This document shows, one piece after another, positions 38,966-49,958 of a stretch of 62,792 nt of DNA; position 1 is the first letter of the stretch, and the number at the start of each line of letters is the position of its first letter. The stretch comes from an archaeon 13_2_20CM_2_53_6 (GTDB lineage: Archaea > Thermoproteota > Bathyarchaeia > 40CM-2-53-6). The translations under genes and the position numbers were made by a program. The stretch lies in contig MNDT01000010.1 in NCBI GenBank assembly GCA_001915065.1, positions 1 through 62,792 of the forward strand, in the 5' to 3' direction. Under the pieces are notes generated by a model. It did not search any database, had not been told where the DNA came from, and was given only the letters and a program-made list of their open reading frames with translations.

Positions 38966-39289
38966 ATGCGGCTGTTGAGAAACGGGGACCGCGTGACCGT
39001 TAGAGTCGCGAAGTGGGACGATCCGAAGATCAGTAGGCGAGTAGAGGCGGTCATCAACACCAACTCAATAGTCTCAAAGATCCCGGCAAAGACCTGGAAG
39101 GAACTTGACGTCAAACCAGCCTTCAAACACTGGCAGACTCAGAAGCCTGCTGACCTTGTACTCTTCGAGCTTAGAGGGCACAGGGCGAGCGACAGCGTGA
39201 TCGCTACGAAGGGCCGAGCTAGCCTCAGTCTGCTCGTTCTCACTAGTGTGGGCTACTGGGAAGACCCGGAAACAGGCTGGCTACACTAG
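38966..39289 (+). CDS. Retropepsin-like protein with degenerate catalytic motif
   Basis: VEAVINTNSIVSKIP...L.VL..VG...DPETG.L resembles archaeal clan AA proteases, but DTG is replaced by NTN. Confidence 0.5.
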   Translation: MRLLRNGDRVTVRVAKWDDPKISRRVEAVINTNSIVSKIPAKTWKELDVKPAFKHWQTQKPADLVLFELRGHRASDSVIATKGRASLSLLVLTSVGYWEDPETGWLH

Positions 39290-39964
39290 AGCCCGCCACG
39301 ACTCTGACCAGCGACTAGGTTCCAAGCTTGTCCTGGAGCGCTTTGAGGGTCTCGCGTAGCTTGACGAGGATTTCTATGATTTCCTTCGTAGAGGGTCACT
39401 GACTCTCGCTGGCTTGGAGCCCCTTGAAAATGATCTCGTAACCTGTCGCAAGATTCGAGGGGAAGGGGTGTTTCAATCTAGCACGCGTTCTATGAGAATG
39501 GAAATGCCCCGGCCGCTCATCGCCCGACATCTCGGACAGCTAGAGCCGGGTACGACCCCTCTTGTCTCTAAGGTTAGTTGTTCGGCGGCCGGTTACTGGC
39601 CCACGTTTGATCGTTACAGACTTACACCAACCATTCTCTCGTTTTGCTCTGCGATCCCCACATGGATATGTGGTTCGAATCTGAGCTAGTGATATTGCGG
39701 TTTGACAGCGACTTGACGACAATGTTAAATGTTTACGGGCAAAACGTCTGCTAAGGTCGTTCGAGACAGCGTGGCTCTCCCCACGCTCGGCCTTCCAAAC
39801 GTTTCCAGAAAACGGGTTCATTGGTACGGTTACCAATCAGTCTCGCATCACTTTCAGTCTTGACATCTTTTCAAATCTAAGGGTTAACAATGTCCGGGTG
39901 CTGTAAGGAACCGACCAAGAACCGATGAAGCAGACAAAAGAAGAGTCAGGGTCAGAATAAAAAA

Positions 39965-41873
39965 ATGAAACCCACACGCAAGCTATTGGTCGCGACCATG
40001 ATTGTAGTAATCGGAACCATGATGCTCTCCTCTATGCCAGTAGTTTCGCCAGATGCACAAGACATCTTGTCTGCCCCATCTTCGGGGCCTCTAGCAGGAG
40101 CTCCCTTGCGGGTCGCCTGCAATCGCCGAGTATGCGAAAGTCAACCTTGATGCTGCAATCAAGGCTGCTCAAGAATCATCCCTTTTCATGGAGGAATCAA
40201 CGAAATTTCAGAACCTGACATATTCCAGCGCGTTTCAAATAGACAAATGGAACAGTCCCTCAGCATGCGTCTCATCGAACACGACTTTCAATGTAGTGTT
40301 CTCAGCCACCAACTCCTCACGCTACCTGGGGAATATTGTGGTCTCGGAGGTTCCGCAAACCTTGTCTGTTATCGGTGTGAGCGAACAACTTAACCCTCCC
40401 CTTGCAACAGGGTCAGGTGGATTAGCAGTCGATGGTTCTGTTTCGGCTTGGTGTGGACACTCTACCAACTCTTGTGCTGCTAGCTTGACTACATCATCCG
40501 CGTATGACATAATAATAGTCTACACTATGGAAGCTCTGGATCTTCAATCGAGCTGCACCTTCTCTGTCTCCGACATAGCCGGACTCTCATGGACGGCCAG
40601 AACGGCAGTTGTGTTCGGTAACAACGGTCGTGACCAACTTCAAGAGTTCTATGCCAAGAGTTCCAGCGCCCTGTCCTCTGATACCATTACTGAATCGATC
40701 TCGGGCTGTGCGAGCACTCAGTATGGAGGCGAGTATAACGGCTTCATGGCCTTCGGCGTAAGCGGGACTAGCTTCAACAGTCCCTTTGACCCCAACATTT
40801 CGCTTCCTGGAACTGCTAGCGGCAATAGTAACACGCCTACTAAGAGCGTATCCACTACCAACGCAAACGACATGATAATCGGTGCTGCTCGGCTGGGTGG
40901 TCTGACTTCGGGGTCCGGGTTTACCCGCATAGTCTATGCCGATGGGACGAACGACCTTACCGAGTATAAGATTGTCAGTTCAGCCGTAACAAACCTGGCA
41001 GTTGCATTTAGCGGGAACACTGGCTACTGGGAAGAAATAGCAGACGCCTTACAAGCGCCTGTCCCGGGAATACTCTCCACCTCCTACAACTATGCGGGCT
41101 ACGAAGTGTACACGAATGGCAATCAAAACGGCGTGGTCCCCTTAGCGGCCACATACTTCTACCAGCCCGTGCCCACGTATCCACCTGGAGGGTGCGCCGA
41201 TTTCTATACCTGCAACTTCGCCACGTGGGTTGGCCTTCAAGACACTTGGAACCAATCCGACGGCAAACTCGCACAAGCCGGTACTTGGGCGGACTGGGTT
41301 AATGCTTCATGCGCAGCATCGTACTTCGCCTGGTACGGGGTTGTTGGTGGCAATCCTCAGTTTGTCAAATGTACAGGCTCGAACAACGTCATCGTAAATG
41401 GCGCGGACAAGATTTTTGCTTATGCTGAGAACGAGGCCGCCTATGGAGGACAAAGCAACTATTACGACTTCGAGGTCTATGACTATCAAAGCAATACATC
41501 CTGCATTTCAACTCAGAACAGTCTCAACATGAATACTCCCCACTTCGCCGACTACGTTCAAGAGAACAGTAAAGAATGCTTTATCGATTGCGCCTCGCTG
41601 GCATCTTTCGCAACCGCGCACTTCTTTTCCGCACAATTGTATTCTGGCTTGAATCCACCCGTGGATACCTTCATCTACCAGTATACTACGCAGGGCTTCT
41701 ACTACGCGTTCAACATGACAAACGCGCCCTGCACCGCGGGCTGCGGGGGGCAAAAAACTTGTGGTACCTACGTGACAAACGTATCTACGGGCGCCGTAGA
41801 TCCTTCAAGTTCATTTGACGAGACATGGCAGACAAGCTATTACACTCCGACGTACAACAGCCAAAACTGCTGA
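39965..41873 (+). pseudogene. Secreted protein with G1-family (eqolisin-like) peptidase domain, one frameshift near 40090
   Basis: The signal-peptide ORF at 39965 shifts into the frame of 40188-41873. C-terminal motifs NYAGY, TWVGL, LAQAGT, YFAWY, ADYVQE. Confidence 0.6.
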
Positions 41874-41948
41874 GATAAAGTCGCCAGAACCAGCCACGCT
41901 ATTCGTCGTTACATTAGGTTCTTTGGTTTTCACTCACTATTCGAGTCC

Positions 41949-42332
41949 ATGCATCCGGAAAAAATGGCGTCATTGATTCTCATCGCTATGGCCGTTCTCT
42001 TCATCGTAGTTGCAGTTATCTTCCAGTCCCAAGACATCGGGTCTTGCCCACCGTTCGGCACTGGACAATACGCAACCTGGACCATCTACTATCCTGGGAC
42101 AAATATCCCGATAGAACCGACAGTCCGCATTCTCGTAACTCTTAGCGTCATTGCCTTTGGAACGGGAGCCTCGACATATCTGATCTCTCGCCACTACAAG
42201 CGAAAACCCTCTCCGGCAAGCCCTCAACACAGTCGGATAGAGACTGAAACTCAAGTTGTTACGACTACAGAGAGGAGCCTGCGCGGAGTGTGGCGAATCC
42301 CTTCCACTACTAGCTCACGGAGCCGTACTTGA
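41949..42332 (+). CDS. Small two-TM membrane protein
   Basis: Two hydrophobic helices. Confidence 0.5.
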   Translation: MHPEKMASLILIAMAVLFIVVAVIFQSQDIGSCPPFGTGQYATWTIYYPGTNIPIEPTVRILVTLSVIAFGTGASTYLISRHYKRKPSPASPQHSRIETETQVVTTTERSLRGVWRIPSTTSSRSRT

Positions 42333-42631
42333 CAGAAAAGACGCGATGGCCGGCTACACCCTCGAAAACGTGAAGCTCATCTGTCGTAAATGTGACGACA
42401 AGATCCAAGAATCGCGAACATTCACTGGATAAGTTCTGACCGATCTGAAGTCCGATCCCGATCGTTGCGGATGCCACTGTGGATGCAATAACAAGAGTGC
42501 TGAGGTCAACGTCTCTCTGCAAGAGCTCTAGGACCTTAGCTGGAAGGGTAACCTGAAGCTCCAACATAACTTTTGAAGCCTCAATCTTGACGCTTCGCCT
42601 AGCTTTGTGAAGTGTAAGGGTAGTCTGTGAG

Positions 42632-43252
42632 TTATAGATTGGCCCCGCAAGTTAGACATCTGGGTGTTCCCTGCTGATAGCGAGCACTACAGCTTCGGCA
42701 TTGGATTAGAACAACCTCTTTGATCTCTTTGATGACTTCCCTAGTTGAAACCGCTGGAGAAGAAGTCGCTGTGGCTTTTCTACCCCAGAGTTTCATCTGT
42801 TCCTTGATGGCGGCAATCATTTGTCCGTGCTGTCCATCGTCGGTGATTGGGAACCGCATTCCGTTGGTTAGAGTGATGTACCATCCTTTCCAGATTAGAT
42901 GTTCTCTATCAAACAGGCCCCTAGGCCCACGATCTACTTCCTCATAGGTTATAGATTTGATAGCTGAATAGGAAATCTGGTCATGTTCGACACGAGCAGG
43001 AACTTTGGAAGATTTCGGACTCCAGGTTTGTTTCTCCCAGAGTATGCCTTCATCAGTAAATGTTAGGAAGTATCTGAACCAGCCTTCCGTCATGACGGCG
43101 TGGCCAAAGCCTACCGCCTGAGCTGGACTAAGCCGCGATTCGGTTCCCATCCGTTCTAGGGTATGTCCTGTTACTTCTTTGTGGCTATAGGCAATTTTGA
43201 CTGAGTTCGCAATAAATTCACATGACGGAGCGGTACACCGGTACTTGTCCAT
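42632..43252 (-). CDS. C2H2-like + PH-like + Zn-ribbon protein
   Basis: N-terminal YRC....C...H...GH; QISYSAIKSITYE; tail KEVVLIQCRSC...CLTCGANL. Confidence 0.7.
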   Translation of the reverse strand: MDKYRCTAPSCEFIANSVKIAYSHKEVTGHTLERMGTESRLSPAQAVGFGHAVMTEGWFRYFLTFTDEGILWEKQTWSPKSSKVPARVEHDQISYSAIKSITYEEVDRGPRGLFDREHLIWKGWYITLTNGMRFPITDDGQHGQMIAAIKEQMKLWGRKATATSSPAVSTREVIKEIKEVVLIQCRSCSARYQQGTPRCLTCGANL

Positions 43253-43431
43253 AACCGTCTTAGCGAGCTAACGAATCGCGGAAAATAAGATGCTGTTACC
43301 GCCTTTGGTTCGGAACGGCTAACCCGTGAGGTCTTTGGCTACTGCTAACTCGAAAGGCTTTTCACATTTTCCAAAGACGAGTTCCAAGGCTGAGCAGTCT
43401 CGCCATGACCGTTTCCGGCCTTCTTTCTCCT

Positions 43432-43776
43432 TCATGAAATGCCGAGCCTATTCTGTGTCTTTGCGAGCCGACCCCTAGCCAGCTCTATCATAGTCTGAAT
43501 CGTCTCAAGGTCGTCTCTCTCGATTTTCAGCCTATTTTTCAGTTGCTTTCTATATTCTCTGTTGACGATTCGAATGACTGCGAGATCACTTGCCGGTAGC
43601 TTGTTACGGTGCCCCTGTCTCAACGCTAGGGACTCACGCCTCTCCATCGCCTCTATACTCTCGATCGTGCCCCTGGCAAGCCTGTGTCGATACTCTAGTT
43701 CGCCGAGGGTCATAGCCTCACCGACGAGTTTCTCAAGAAGGCCCGAACTTCTGTCGCTCAGCTTCATGTCATTCAT
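43432..43776 (-). CDS. Hypothetical helical protein
   Basis: 114-aa ORF, charged and coiled-coil-like. Confidence 0.45.
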   Translation of the reverse strand: MNDMKLSDRSSGLLEKLVGEAMTLGELEYRHRLARGTIESIEAMERRESLALRQGHRNKLPASDLAVIRIVNREYRKQLKNRLKIERDDLETIQTMIELARGRLAKTQNRLGIS

Positions 43777-45151
43777 GAAGGCAACCTTCTAGGTAGGGTT
43801 AAAAATGCACGGGGTCTTCGATCAAGATAATTCCGGCGCTATTGTCATCTGATCCTTGACAAGTTGATGGAAAGGGCTCAAAACATCAGCCTAACTCTTC
43901 GAAACCGAACTAAGCTCGCTGTTAAATTATCAGGACACTGATACCGGTAAACTGCCGGACGTTCTAACCCGATTCCTCGGAGTCGTCACGGTTGTGTGGA
44001 CTCTTTTTCTGGGGCAGATGGTAGAAATTCAGATAGGCTAATTCAATTACCTAGAAGGAGAGCTGGACAAGAAAAACAATCGCCCAAGAAAAGCCATTCC
44101 CAAAACTAAGACCCAACCAGACTAGGATGGCTACCCCTATCCAGAACGCCAGATTAATCGTAACGATGATTTGTAAGACACGCCAACTCCCAGTTGGGGG
44201 CTTCAAGTCTTCGTTGCCAATTGAAAATTGGAAGACGTGGAAAAAGGGTTGCTGAAGAACACTGGAGATTCAGAAGATGAGAGAGGATGAGACCGCCAGC
44301 ATAATCTATCGCTCTTCAACTATGGCCACTACTCGATTCCACGGCTGATAGAAAACCTGTGGAGCCTCGCTCCAATCTCAAGCGGGCCCGATTACTGTTG
44401 CGGGGACATTGGCGCCGTAGCTATGACAGATATCCTCGGCTAAGATTTCAGACTGCTACATTCCATCTGAGATCCCAAGTCTCTCGCAGAGACTTTCAGC
44501 CGAGGCCGCAACTCTAGTGTCCAAAACTGTCTATGAACCAGGGTAATACCTCGGAGACATTGAAGGCGGTGCGACCGTATAGATACGAGGTTCGTGGGTG
44601 GATCCTGAGAATTCCATTCTTGGTTTGTAGTTCGCAGGTGCTTGTTGGCTCTGCCTCTGATATTGTCCAGGGTTCTCATCTATCTTAGTAGCCTGCTCGA
44701 CACAGCATCATTGCGAGTTAGCTGGTCTTTGTCTTCGGAGTTGCCATCCCGCTGCTTTCTTTCGTAAGACGCCAAGGGGCGTCGGGGGTCTCCTAGGAGC
44801 GTGTCCCCAATTCTCTTACCTGTACGAGTTATTGCATCGTGGCGGAACTCAGGACAAAAGCGCACGGAATGCGCAGAATCTGCGAAAAATTCGCCAAAAT
44901 GGCCTGCGAGCGTGAACGTTCACGTGAACGCCGGAATGAATAGAAAAATCTTCGGCCGCCGATACCCACAAGGCTTAGACTAGAATCCTAGCTGGAACTA
45001 AGACACGAAAACTCAAATCTAGTTGAGGATCAGATCCTGACGACTCGTTTGCGAGGCAATCAGTATAGAAGTCGAAAGGTCAACTGAACATGATCGGTCC
45101 CTCCTCACGACTTAGCTCGATGCTAAATACTCAAGTTTTCAAGGCGATTCG

Positions 45152-45826
45152 GTGGATCGCTTGTCAGCTGGAAACGGCTCGATAAGTCAAAGAAACTTCC
45201 CGGTTCCATCCCGTAAAAAGCGGAGTTCCTCTAGAAAGCTGCCTCTTGAAGAGATCGACATAATTCAGACTAACAAGCGGTTTGGTTACTCCGATCGCGA
45301 AATAGCCAAGATGCTGAATCGGTCTCTCGGAGTCGTAGGAAAGTACACAAGGGGGATGAAACCTGACCCGTTTACCGTGGCTCTGCAGCCTATTCTGCCA
45401 ACACAACATGTCGACAAGATAGCCGCCTCCGTTCCAGAGGGAGCCCAATCCCGTGACTCGGGATCTGGGCAGCAACCGTCCTCGTCCTCGGAAGGCGAGA
45501 TTACAGTGGCACTCCTGAACAAGCTTAGGAAGCTGGAGGCCGATTACAAGTTCTCCCAGTCGCCTGACGGGCGAATGATATTGGGAAACCTGAAGAAGAT
45601 CAAAGAGATAAACGCCATACTTGATAGGCCCGGCCCGGAACTAGATATTCCTGAGAACCAATCGAATAGGGATTGGAGAAGAGGTTTCCAGAAAGAAGTC
45701 GAAACTGCGCTCCAGCATTTCCGTCAGGGGACACACCATTCAATAGACAGTTTAACAGTGTGCAGCTTGCAAGCACGCTCTTACTCCTCCCCCGCCACTG
45801 GGTTGACCTCTGCTCGGATTAGTTAG
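45152..45826 (+). CDS. HTH-containing hypothetical protein (start uncertain)
   Basis: GYSDREIAKMLNRSLGVVGKY helix-turn-helix. Confidence 0.55.
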   Translation: MDRLSAGNGSISQRNFPVPSRKKRSSSRKLPLEEIDIIQTNKRFGYSDREIAKMLNRSLGVVGKYTRGMKPDPFTVALQPILPTQHVDKIAASVPEGAQSRDSGSGQQPSSSSEGEITVALLNKLRKLEADYKFSQSPDGRMILGNLKKIKEINAILDRPGPELDIPENQSNRDWRRGFQKEVETALQHFRQGTHHSIDSLTVCSLQARSYSSPATGLTSARIS

Positions 45827-46069
45827 CAGCTTGTTCTCCATTGAACTCCAGTTCAGACCTCCGTCTGGACTCTGAACTCGTTGATCTCCTGCCTTCACGC
45901 GAGGGGCCCAGGGGGGCGAGTACATGCACTCTTACGAATGCGGACCGGTGGGATTTGGCCCGTACGGGTTAGTTTACCGCTTCCCTTTTTTCACGCAGCT
46001 TATCAGATTTGGGCCAGAGAATGAGAGAGGTGTCGGAGGCGTGGCGAGCCAGACTGGACTTATCGCTCT

Positions 46070-47398
46070 TTACAGGACCCTAAAGAGATGCCATTTTCCA
46101 TCGACCCCTTTGAGTGTGTGCGTCCCGGCATCTTCGAATCCTAGACCTGCGCCCGCGACGAGATCCTTCACCGTGTTGGAGACTAGGACCTCGTTCGCCT
46201 TGGCCCTCGAAGCCACCCTCGAAGCGGTATGAACCGCTATGCCTCCGACATCATCGTCCAGCAATTCGCATTCACCCGTATGGATGCCTGCTCGGATTTC
46301 AATACCAATCTCGCGGACGGAATCGCGAATCGAACGCGCGCATTGAATTGCACGGGTGGGTCCGTCAAACGTTGCCAAGAATCCGTCTCCGGTCGTCTTG
46401 ACCTCCTTACCTTGGAACTCATGAAGCTCCTTGCGGACCAAGTCATTGTGTCTCTCCAACAGTTCTCGCCACCGAACGTCGCCCATTTTCGATAGACGCC
46501 CGGTAGAATCCACAATATCAACGAAGAGAATCGTGGCCAATACGCGATCATGAGGAGCCTGCGTCTTGACACCTGTCAAAAACTCCTCCACTTCCGCCGC
46601 GACCTTTTCTGCGATCCCGATCATCGAGTGAGTATCGCCTGGGAATTCAACGAATCGTGCACCGGGAATCTTTGTTGCCAGATCTCGGGCCGCAGCGAGA
46701 TTAGCGACTGGGTCTCGGGTTCTGTTCATTACCAGGGTTGGCACTCTTATCGTTGGTAGGATTCCGCGAATGTCGATTTGGGACCCCATCTCTTCGAGGG
46801 CGACGAGTGATGAAGGACTAGCCCCCGCGTGGAAATATCGAAAGAGCCATTCAAGTGTCGCGGTATCAGTGTCCTTTGGGATGCCCGCGCCCCATCCAGT
46901 TAGGTAGTCGATGGTAACACCGTTCTCAGCGAGTTCGTTGATTTGCTTGTCGCTTTCTTCTTTGGTTATTCCCCAAGGATAATCGTCTGTTCTAATCCAG
47001 CGAGCTTGTACGCCCCACAGGATAAGGGCTCTCGTTCGTTGCGGGTAGGTAGCGGCAAATAGACAAGCCATCGACCCCCCCTCTGAGAATCCGAGTATTG
47101 CAGCCTGCTTGCTACGCGCATCGTCCATGACGGCTCTTATGTCGTCGATTCTCTCCTCCAACGTGGATGCTCCAGCAGGACGGTCTGACAATCCTGTTCC
47201 CCGCTTATCAAACCGGATTAGCCGGCAGAACGAGCTGAAACGTTCAATGTTCAGGGCAGTCTCGGGCCTTTCCCAGGCCAAGTCAAGGTGCGAAACAGTA
47301 CCCGGGGCCCAAACCAAGTCAATGGGTCCCTCGCCCGTAACTTGGTATGCGATGCGAACATTTCCACTCTTTGCATACTTTGTTTCGGGCCTCTTCAA
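46070..47398 (-). CDS. Alpha/beta-hydrolase + class III adenylate/guanylate cyclase (LipJ-like)
   Basis: FDKRGTGLSDR, GFSEGG; cyclase motifs LFVDIVDST, KTTGDGF, RAGIHTGE, GIAVH. Confidence 0.92.
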   Translation of the reverse strand: MKRPETKYAKSGNVRIAYQVTGEGPIDLVWAPGTVSHLDLAWERPETALNIERFSSFCRLIRFDKRGTGLSDRPAGASTLEERIDDIRAVMDDARSKQAAILGFSEGGSMACLFAATYPQRTRALILWGVQARWIRTDDYPWGITKEESDKQINELAENGVTIDYLTGWGAGIPKDTDTATLEWLFRYFHAGASPSSLVALEEMGSQIDIRGILPTIRVPTLVMNRTRDPVANLAAARDLATKIPGARFVEFPGDTHSMIGIAEKVAAEVEEFLTGVKTQAPHDRVLATILFVDIVDSTGRLSKMGDVRWRELLERHNDLVRKELHEFQGKEVKTTGDGFLATFDGPTRAIQCARSIRDSVREIGIEIRAGIHTGECELLDDDVGGIAVHTASRVASRAKANEVLVSNTVKDLVAGAGLGFEDAGTHTLKGVDGKWHLFRVL

Positions 47399-47444
47399 TT
47401 ACGCCCCTTAAATCGACATTTTGAGCTATTAAATTGGAGACGTA

Positions 47445-47690
47445 GTGGTTGACACCGGGAGCCTCGCGACGGCACTTCCCTCGGAAGTGGTTCGTAAGCT
47501 CGGCATCAAGCCTCAAACCCGGCGAAGGCTCACCCTCGCCGATGGCAGCTCAACAGTCAAGGATGTCGGGACTGCCCTGATCCAGATTGATGGTTGCGAA
47601 ACAAGAGATGACCTGGTGTGTATTGACAAGGGTCCACTCCGCCGAGTGTGCTGGCGCGAAAAGGGTCCCGTGACTGCCTTCGCCGGTTGA
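47445..47690 (+). pseudogene. Clan AA aspartic protease fragment
   Basis: VDTGS...LP..V...LGI...LTLADG; lacks the normal N- and C-termini. Confidence 0.6.
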
Positions 47691-47893
47691 CGCCTGTCTT
47701 ATATCGGTGTCTTCTAAGTTCACTCCTGGAATACCGGCAGTATTAAATTCTGACGGAGAGCGACCACAAGACTGCCATATCATATCGGTTGCTAGCCCCT
47801 TTCTTTCGGGGCCCTATACGATTCTTCTGGCGGAGCGCCGAGGAGGGGCGTGATGAGAAAAGAACCCCAAGAAATGGAGGTGGTATAAGAAAA

Positions 47894-48430
47894 ATGATTG
47901 ATCCTAAGAGAAGAAGATCGACTTATCTGACTGCGTCAATGACTCTGCTACTTCTGCTGGTGGTCGCTCCTGTCTTCTTGACTCGGGCCTCGGCTCTGAC
48001 AACATCTTATTCATTCAATCTTCTTGGCCCGAATACTGCGATGGCTCCTGAAGGTGCTCCCGCGTTAGCGGGGGACACATTGATAGTCACGGGTTCAGGC
48101 GCATTTGATACGTCCACTACAGCAATAACCGGCGGCGGGAGCTATCAGATAGTCACTTCAAGCGGAATGATTGTCGACAGGGGAACATACGTGATAACGA
48201 CGTTCATCGGTTTCACACCATACGGTGGCCCCAGCCCCGGCCTTCAGGGAGGTAAGCTGACCCTGACCGTAACAGCGACGAGCAGCCTTACAGGCGCAAC
48301 GACCGCTAACATACCTGCGACCATAACATGTTTGGTGGGAAGCCCTCCACCAGGTGCAGTCGAAGGAATAACCTCCGGCGGATTCTCGCAGTCGGTGATC
48401 GGCAAGACACTCTTCCACATCAACACCTAG
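47894..48430 (+). CDS. Secreted Thr/Gly-rich beta protein
   Basis: Basic N-terminus, hydrophobic signal peptide, ASA cleavage site. Confidence 0.75.
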   Translation: MIDPKRRRSTYLTASMTLLLLLVVAPVFLTRASALTTSYSFNLLGPNTAMAPEGAPALAGDTLIVTGSGAFDTSTTAITGGGSYQIVTSSGMIVDRGTYVITTFIGFTPYGGPSPGLQGGKLTLTVTATSSLTGATTANIPATITCLVGSPPPGAVEGITSGGFSQSVIGKTLFHINT

Positions 48431-48765
48431 ACAGGATAAAAACAGGCCATTCGTCGCCAAGAGCCACGCACCTATCCTCTGACTCTCCATCTTCTCTTTC
48501 TTTTGAACTCGGATTGCTTAGCGGGTGCACGTAACCTCGTCCACAACCGTGGTTCCCCGTCCTCTATCTCTTTGAAGCAGGACTTGCAGAATGTGCCGTC
48601 ACCCATGGGCTATCTGCGGGAACGAGCAAGTAGAAGGGCGTTAGAGGTCTGCGAACTTCTGGGCGAAGGGTAATAATCGGAACTTACCCATTTTCCCTTT
48701 AGACAGCTTCCGCTGTCCGAGTCATCCTCTGGATTACGACAGTGCTAAATACCCATTGAAGCCGA

Positions 48766-49176
48766 ATGAGACGAATGAAAACCTTGAAGACTGTAAGCAT
48801 TCTATTTCTACTACCATTAGCGGTTCTGGCTTTCGGAGCGGCACCGGCACATGCGAGTGGGCACCAAGTGGCGTTCATTGTGCATGTGAATGGACAAGGC
48901 GTTGGGGGTGGGTTTGCTCTCTTCTCAGATGGTACTGCGGTGGGTAATGTCGCTCTCTCTGCTTTCAATGGAGCGTTGATCCTCCAGTTCCACCCTGAAA
49001 CTTGGACCTCTTCAATGGTATGCGGTGAGATTCAGGCGATAAGGGGGGTAGCACCACCGAGTATTACACCCTGTGATCCTCTTTTCCCCGTTGGGACGAC
49101 GCCGGTCCCCTTGGACCTCAATGGGGACGGGACTCCTGACATTACGATCCTGATAACGGTCCAAGCCGTCAGCTGA
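48766..49176 (+). CDS. Small secreted protein
   Basis: Signal peptide ending AHA; DLNGDGTPD Ca-binding-like loop. Confidence 0.7.
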   Translation: MRRMKTLKTVSILFLLPLAVLAFGAAPAHASGHQVAFIVHVNGQGVGGGFALFSDGTAVGNVALSAFNGALILQFHPETWTSSMVCGEIQAIRGVAPPSITPCDPLFPVGTTPVPLDLNGDGTPDITILITVQAVS

Positions 49177-49645
49177 ACCCCTCAGACGGAATACACAAAC
49201 CTCTCCATCCTCTTTTTCTTTGAACATCTGGGCCGCCCCCTCTGTCACTGAAGTCGCTGGCTGCGAACCCACCCGGTTCAATGTGCCGGACTGGCCGTGC
49301 TGATCTTGAAGAACTATGCTAACCGAAACCCTCTCTGGTTTTGAGAGCACCAGAGTCCCCCAAGTTTCTTGGGACAATACCAAAATGGTTAGCCTATCGG
49401 AGACGTGCTCGCTCCGGTGGTGTAGCCAGGTTTAGCATACTGGCCGAATGGTGGGCTTCGTATCTAGCGTTCGTTTTCCTTCTAGGGCACCGATGTTGGT
49501 GACGGTTCAGACTCCCCGACAGACGCCGAGCCAAGACTGCGGCTTCTCGGCGTAAATCGACAGGTTGAAAATTCGTGGTGTTAGTTGGCCTTTCCGCCAA
49601 AAAGCTAGGATCTGACCACTAGACACGATTTTAATCTCATCTAGA

Positions 49646-49714
49646 TGTTCGGTGGTGTTCGTTTCTGTTCGGCGGTTTTGTTCGATCTTTTGTTCGGCCT
49701 ATTCGGTCTGTTTG
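49646..49714 (+). repeat. Phased TGTTCG hexamer array
   Basis: TGTTCG at 49646, 49656, 49666, 49679 and 49691; variants at 49700 and 49709. Confidence 0.7.
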
Positions 49715-49958
49715 TTTTTGCGTCCGTCAATTCTTCTCCTCTCGTTCTTTCTATTAGTCTCCGCCTGCGAGTGTCCGTTCATCTTCGCCATTGTGTAGCG
49801 CGTAATTGGGCACTGCGTAGGTTGGCAGCTGTCTCAAACGTGGATTTGTCCTGGCAAAGCAACCAATCCCCTTTGATCGCAATAATGGACTTGTCGGAAT
49901 GCCATCAAGCGAATTCGTACCATCAAGCCAACCGCACGTACCTGCCGCCGAAACCTTG

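Larger units (their letters stand above)
34900..45900. mobile_element. Decayed integrated element / genomic island (boundaries approximate)
   Basis: Low coding density, many fragments and micro-ORFs, RHH and HTH regulators, and a broken tyrosine recombinase. No att sites were identified. Confidence 0.45.

Noticed and set aside
43800..45100. Short ORF fragments in a low-coding stretch
   Set aside because: Interrupted frames with no recognisable family; not callable beyond general decay.
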